Part shown: positions 21,611 through 24,000 of the stretch, piece after piece
Position numbering within the stretch: the stretch's first letter is position 1
Layout: each line of letters starts with the position of its first letter
DNA from: Parcubacteria group bacterium
Lineage (GTDB): Bacteria > Patescibacteriota > Minisyncoccia > JACPCQ01
Assembly (NCBI GenBank): GCA_016179715.1
Contig: JACPCQ010000048.1
Location: forward strand, 2,606 to 26,605
Reading direction: 5' to 3'
Length of the DNA: 24,000 bases
Program-made: the position numbers and the translations under genes
The notes under the pieces: generated by a model
Databases searched by the model: none
Seen by the model: the letters and a program-made list of their open reading frames with translations, nothing else
What the model was told of the DNA's origin: nothing

Positions 21611-23401
21611 TTATATCTTCCGCCGTGCCTTGGAGCGTTCAGCTTCTGTTAAAAACCGCTTGCGCAGACGCACGCTTTTTGGGGTAATTTCCAGATATTC
21701 ATCCTTGGCCATAATTTCAAGCCCACGCTCAATCGTCAATTCAAGCGGAGGCACCAGTTCAATCGCTTCATCGGAACCGGAAGCCCGCACGTTGGTAAGT
21801 TGTTTTCCCTTTGTGGGATTCACCTTCATCTCCTCTCCTTTTGCGGTGTTTCCAATCACCATTCCTTCATACACCTCGGTTCCCGGAGCGATGTACAGCA
21901 CTCCGCGTTCCTGCAATCCCCACAACGCATACCCCACCGCTGTGCCGCCGGCCATGGAAATCATGGAGCCGGTTGCGCGTTGTTGAATGTCCCCGGCATA
22001 GGGACGAAACCCGAGGACACGCGAAGAACAAATTCCCTCCCCTTTTGTATCAATTACAAACTGATTGCGATATCCCAGCAGTCCGCGTGTCGGGCCTTCA
22101 AAAGTAAGCCGAAGCAATTCATCAGTATAAGCCATATCCTTTAGGATAAAAGCGCGGGCGCCGAGGCGCTCAATAATCGTCCCCTGATATTCTTTTGGAA
22201 TAACAATAATCACCTCTTCAAACGGCTCAACTTTTTCTCCCTGTTCCTCACGTATAATTACTTGCGGCTGTGATACTTGCAGTTCGTATCCCGCGCGGCG
22301 CATGTTTTCAAGCAGTATGGCAATGTGCAGCTCCCCGCGGCCAAACACCTCAAAACTGTCTCCTGCGCTAAAATCAACCCGAAGCCCCACGTTTACCTCA
22401 AGCTCCCGTTCCAGATACTCTTTAATCAGGCGGGAAGTCACGAATTTTCCTTCGCGGGCGCGCAGGGGGGAGTTATTTGCAAGAAACGTCAGCTCAATCG
22501 TCGGCTCATCCACCGCAATCGCCGGAAGCGGCAGGGCATTTTCGTCCGTTGCAACCGTCTCGCCGATATAAATATCCGCAATGCCAGCAACCAGCACGAT
22601 ATCCCCGGATTGCGCGGTTTCTGCTTCTTTTCTTTCCAGCCCCTCAAAAGTAAATATTTTAGAAAGTTTCCCCAGACGTGTTTCTCCGTCCGGTTTTTTT
22701 ATGAAGACTTGTTCTCCCTCGGTCATCACTCCGTCATAAATTCGTCCCACGGCCATTCTGCCCAAAAAATTATCGTAGGCAAGATTAAATGGCTGAAAGC
22801 GCAGTGTGCGCTCTATCAATTCCGGAGAAGAAGCCGAAGGAACATGCGCGAGGATAACATCTAAAAGCGGAGTAAGGTCGGAGGAACTGTCTTGTAAACT
22901 TTTTTTTGCAATCCCCTGGCGCCCGATAGTGTAAATCACCGGAAAATTCGCCTGCTCGTCATTTGCTCCCAGTTCAAAGAAAAGTTCCAACACCTGTTCT
23001 TCGGTGCGCGCAGGGTCTGCGGCGGGCTTGTCAATCTTATTGATAACCACAATGGGCTTGAGCCCCAGTTCCAGAGATTTTTTCAACACAAAGCGTGTCT
23101 GCGGCATCGGCCCTTCCTGCGCATCCACCACCAAAAGTACCGAGTCAATGGAGCGTAGCACCCGTTCAACCTCCGAGCCGAAATCCGCGTGCCCGGGAGT
23201 GTCCACAATATTGATTTTTGTGCCACGGTAGTATATCGCGGCATTCTTTGAGTAAATGGTAATGCCGCGCTCCTGCTCAAGCGCGTTTGAATCCATAGAC
23301 ACTCCTTCTGCGGCCGCTCCGGTCTGGCGCATAAGCGCATCGGTCAATGTTGTTTTCCCGTGGTCTACGTGCGCGATTATTGCGATGTTTCGTATCTCCA
23401 T
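21611..23401 (-). CDS. typA: Translational GTPase TypA/BipA
   Basis: [30 protein letters not shown]; 596 aa; EF-G-like domain order with the BipA C-terminus. Confidence 0.95.
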   Translation of the reverse strand: MEIRNIAIIAHVDHGKTTLTDALMRQTGAAAEGVSMDSNALEQERGITIYSKNAAIYYRGTKINIVDTPGHADFGSEVERVLRSIDSVLLVVDAQEGPMPQTRFVLKKSLELGLKPIVVINKIDKPAADPARTEEQVLELFFELGANDEQANFPVIYTIGRQGIAKKSLQDSSSDLTPLLDVILAHVPSASSPELIERTLRFQPFNLAYDNFLGRMAVGRIYDGVMTEGEQVFIKKPDGETRLGKLSKIFTFEGLERKEAETAQSGDIVLVAGIADIYIGETVATDENALPLPAIAVDEPTIELTFLANNSPLRAREGKFVTSRLIKEYLERELEVNVGLRVDFSAGDSFEVFGRGELHIAILLENMRRAGYELQVSQPQVIIREEQGEKVEPFEEVIIVIPKEYQGTIIERLGARAFILKDMAYTDELLRLTFEGPTRGLLGYRNQFVIDTKGEGICSSRVLGFRPYAGDIQQRATGSMISMAGGTAVGYALWGLQERGVLYIAPGTEVYEGMVIGNTAKGEEMKVNPTKGKQLTNVRASGSDEAIELVPPLELTIERGLEIMAKDEYLEITPKSVRLRKRFLTEAERSKARRKI

Positions 23402-23479
23402 ACTTCAAAAAAAAGAGGCCCCAAAAGAAGCCCCGAGGCCAGTGATACCACTACCTAAATATACAACGATTTCAATTTT

Positions 23480-24000
23480 TTACAAGTGTTTTGGCGCGGA
23501 AAGCCGCCGAGCCTGTTGGACTAATGCAACCAGTTTGTCATGTACAAGGCCGTTGCTTGCGATAAAACCGTTGATGTTTCGATCATATCGCTGTTCTTTT
23601 CCCGCAAAGTCCGTTACTTTTCCACCCGCTTCTTCCACAATGACTTTGACAGCCGCACCGTCCCACGGACAAGTATAGTCGTAAATTCGGCTAAAAAGAT
23701 TCCCGCAGCCACCAGCAGACTCGGATAAATCGCCGCATAAAAGGTGGTAACATAGCAATTCTTTTCCAAAAGCGCTGCGCGCACTGCGGGCAGCCGCTCG
23801 CTATCCAGGTTAATGAATGCGGTTTTTGAAAAAAGGCGGCTACGAGAGACCGAAATTTTTTGTCCGTTTAAAAAAGCCCCCTTTCCTTTTTGTGCATACA
23901 TCAAGCGGTTTCCTATCGGGTCATATACAACGCCCAAAATGCTTTTTCCGTTCTTGACCAGCGCGAGCGAAAAAACAAACGTGGGGTACCCGTGTGAAAA
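23480..24000 (-). pseudogene. Inositol monophosphatase-family gene (5' partial) split by a 1-nt frameshift
   Basis: The upstream frame reads ...FSHGYPTFVFSLALVKNGKSILGVVYDPIGNRLMYAQKGKGAFLNG...YPSLLVAAG. The downstream frame reads NLFSRIYDYTCPWDGAAVKVIVEEAGGKVTD...TAA. The frames meet at the C-run 23702-23704. Confidence 0.8.

Noticed and set aside
23402-23479. A terminator hairpin in GAGGCCCCAAAAGAAGCCCCGAGGCC downstream of the IMPase gene.
   Set aside because: The similar segments are direct repeats, not inverted, so no stable stem could be drawn.
1-24000. Genome-wide UGA reassignment (code 4 or code 25).
   Set aside because: About 25 conserved genes in the window are full-length under the standard code with no internal TGA. 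Two ORFs appear to terminate at TGA, and the only tRNA-Trp has anticodon CCA.

Overview
All family assignments come from reading motifs in the supplied translations and sequence; no database search or folding program was run. The window is 24 kb of tightly packed, mostly minus-strand housekeeping genes. The architecture is streamlined (minimal thrS, fused genes, short spacers) and resembles small-genome CPR/Patescibacteria-like bacteria; that placement is inference only.

Recognisable content:
- dnaE 3' end and a thrS that lacks the N-terminal TGS/editing region.
- A PCMT-MltG fusion gene followed by a small basic ORF and rpsP-khpA-trmD.
- rpmG (missed by the ORF track, 52 aa) and tRNA-Trp.
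- An ABC-2 exporter pair and an RRM RNA-binding protein.
- A TSP3-repeat surface protein, a cytidylyltransferase, uppS and acyP.
- A copA-centred metal/thiol cluster, then PAP2, HAD, typA and an IMPase-family gene.

The unusual material falls in two blocks.

(A) 5.8-8.9 kb:
- A palindrome-dense non-coding stretch.
- A family of CCCCCACACC/GGTGTGGGGG hairpin repeats with compensatory changes.
- An orphan 370-aa ORF.
- Two adjacent tRNA genes with aberrant anticodon loops; one is best folded with an 8-nt loop.
- A self-contained 84-aa gene whose Cys/His spacing matches the PHD-type C4HC3 zinc finger.

(B) 13.8-20.6 kb:
- A 181-bp nested palindrome.
- A ligT/thpR gene interrupted only by one in-frame TGA.
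- copA with a duplicated SEHPL segment, plus a Met-rich partner.
- A perfect 44-bp tandem duplication.
- An operon of Cys-motif envelope proteins: DUF1573, a DsbD/CcdA-like protein with vicinal CC pairs, and a PCCGN...CNHG protein.

The IMPase-family gene at the right edge carries a 1-nt frameshift.
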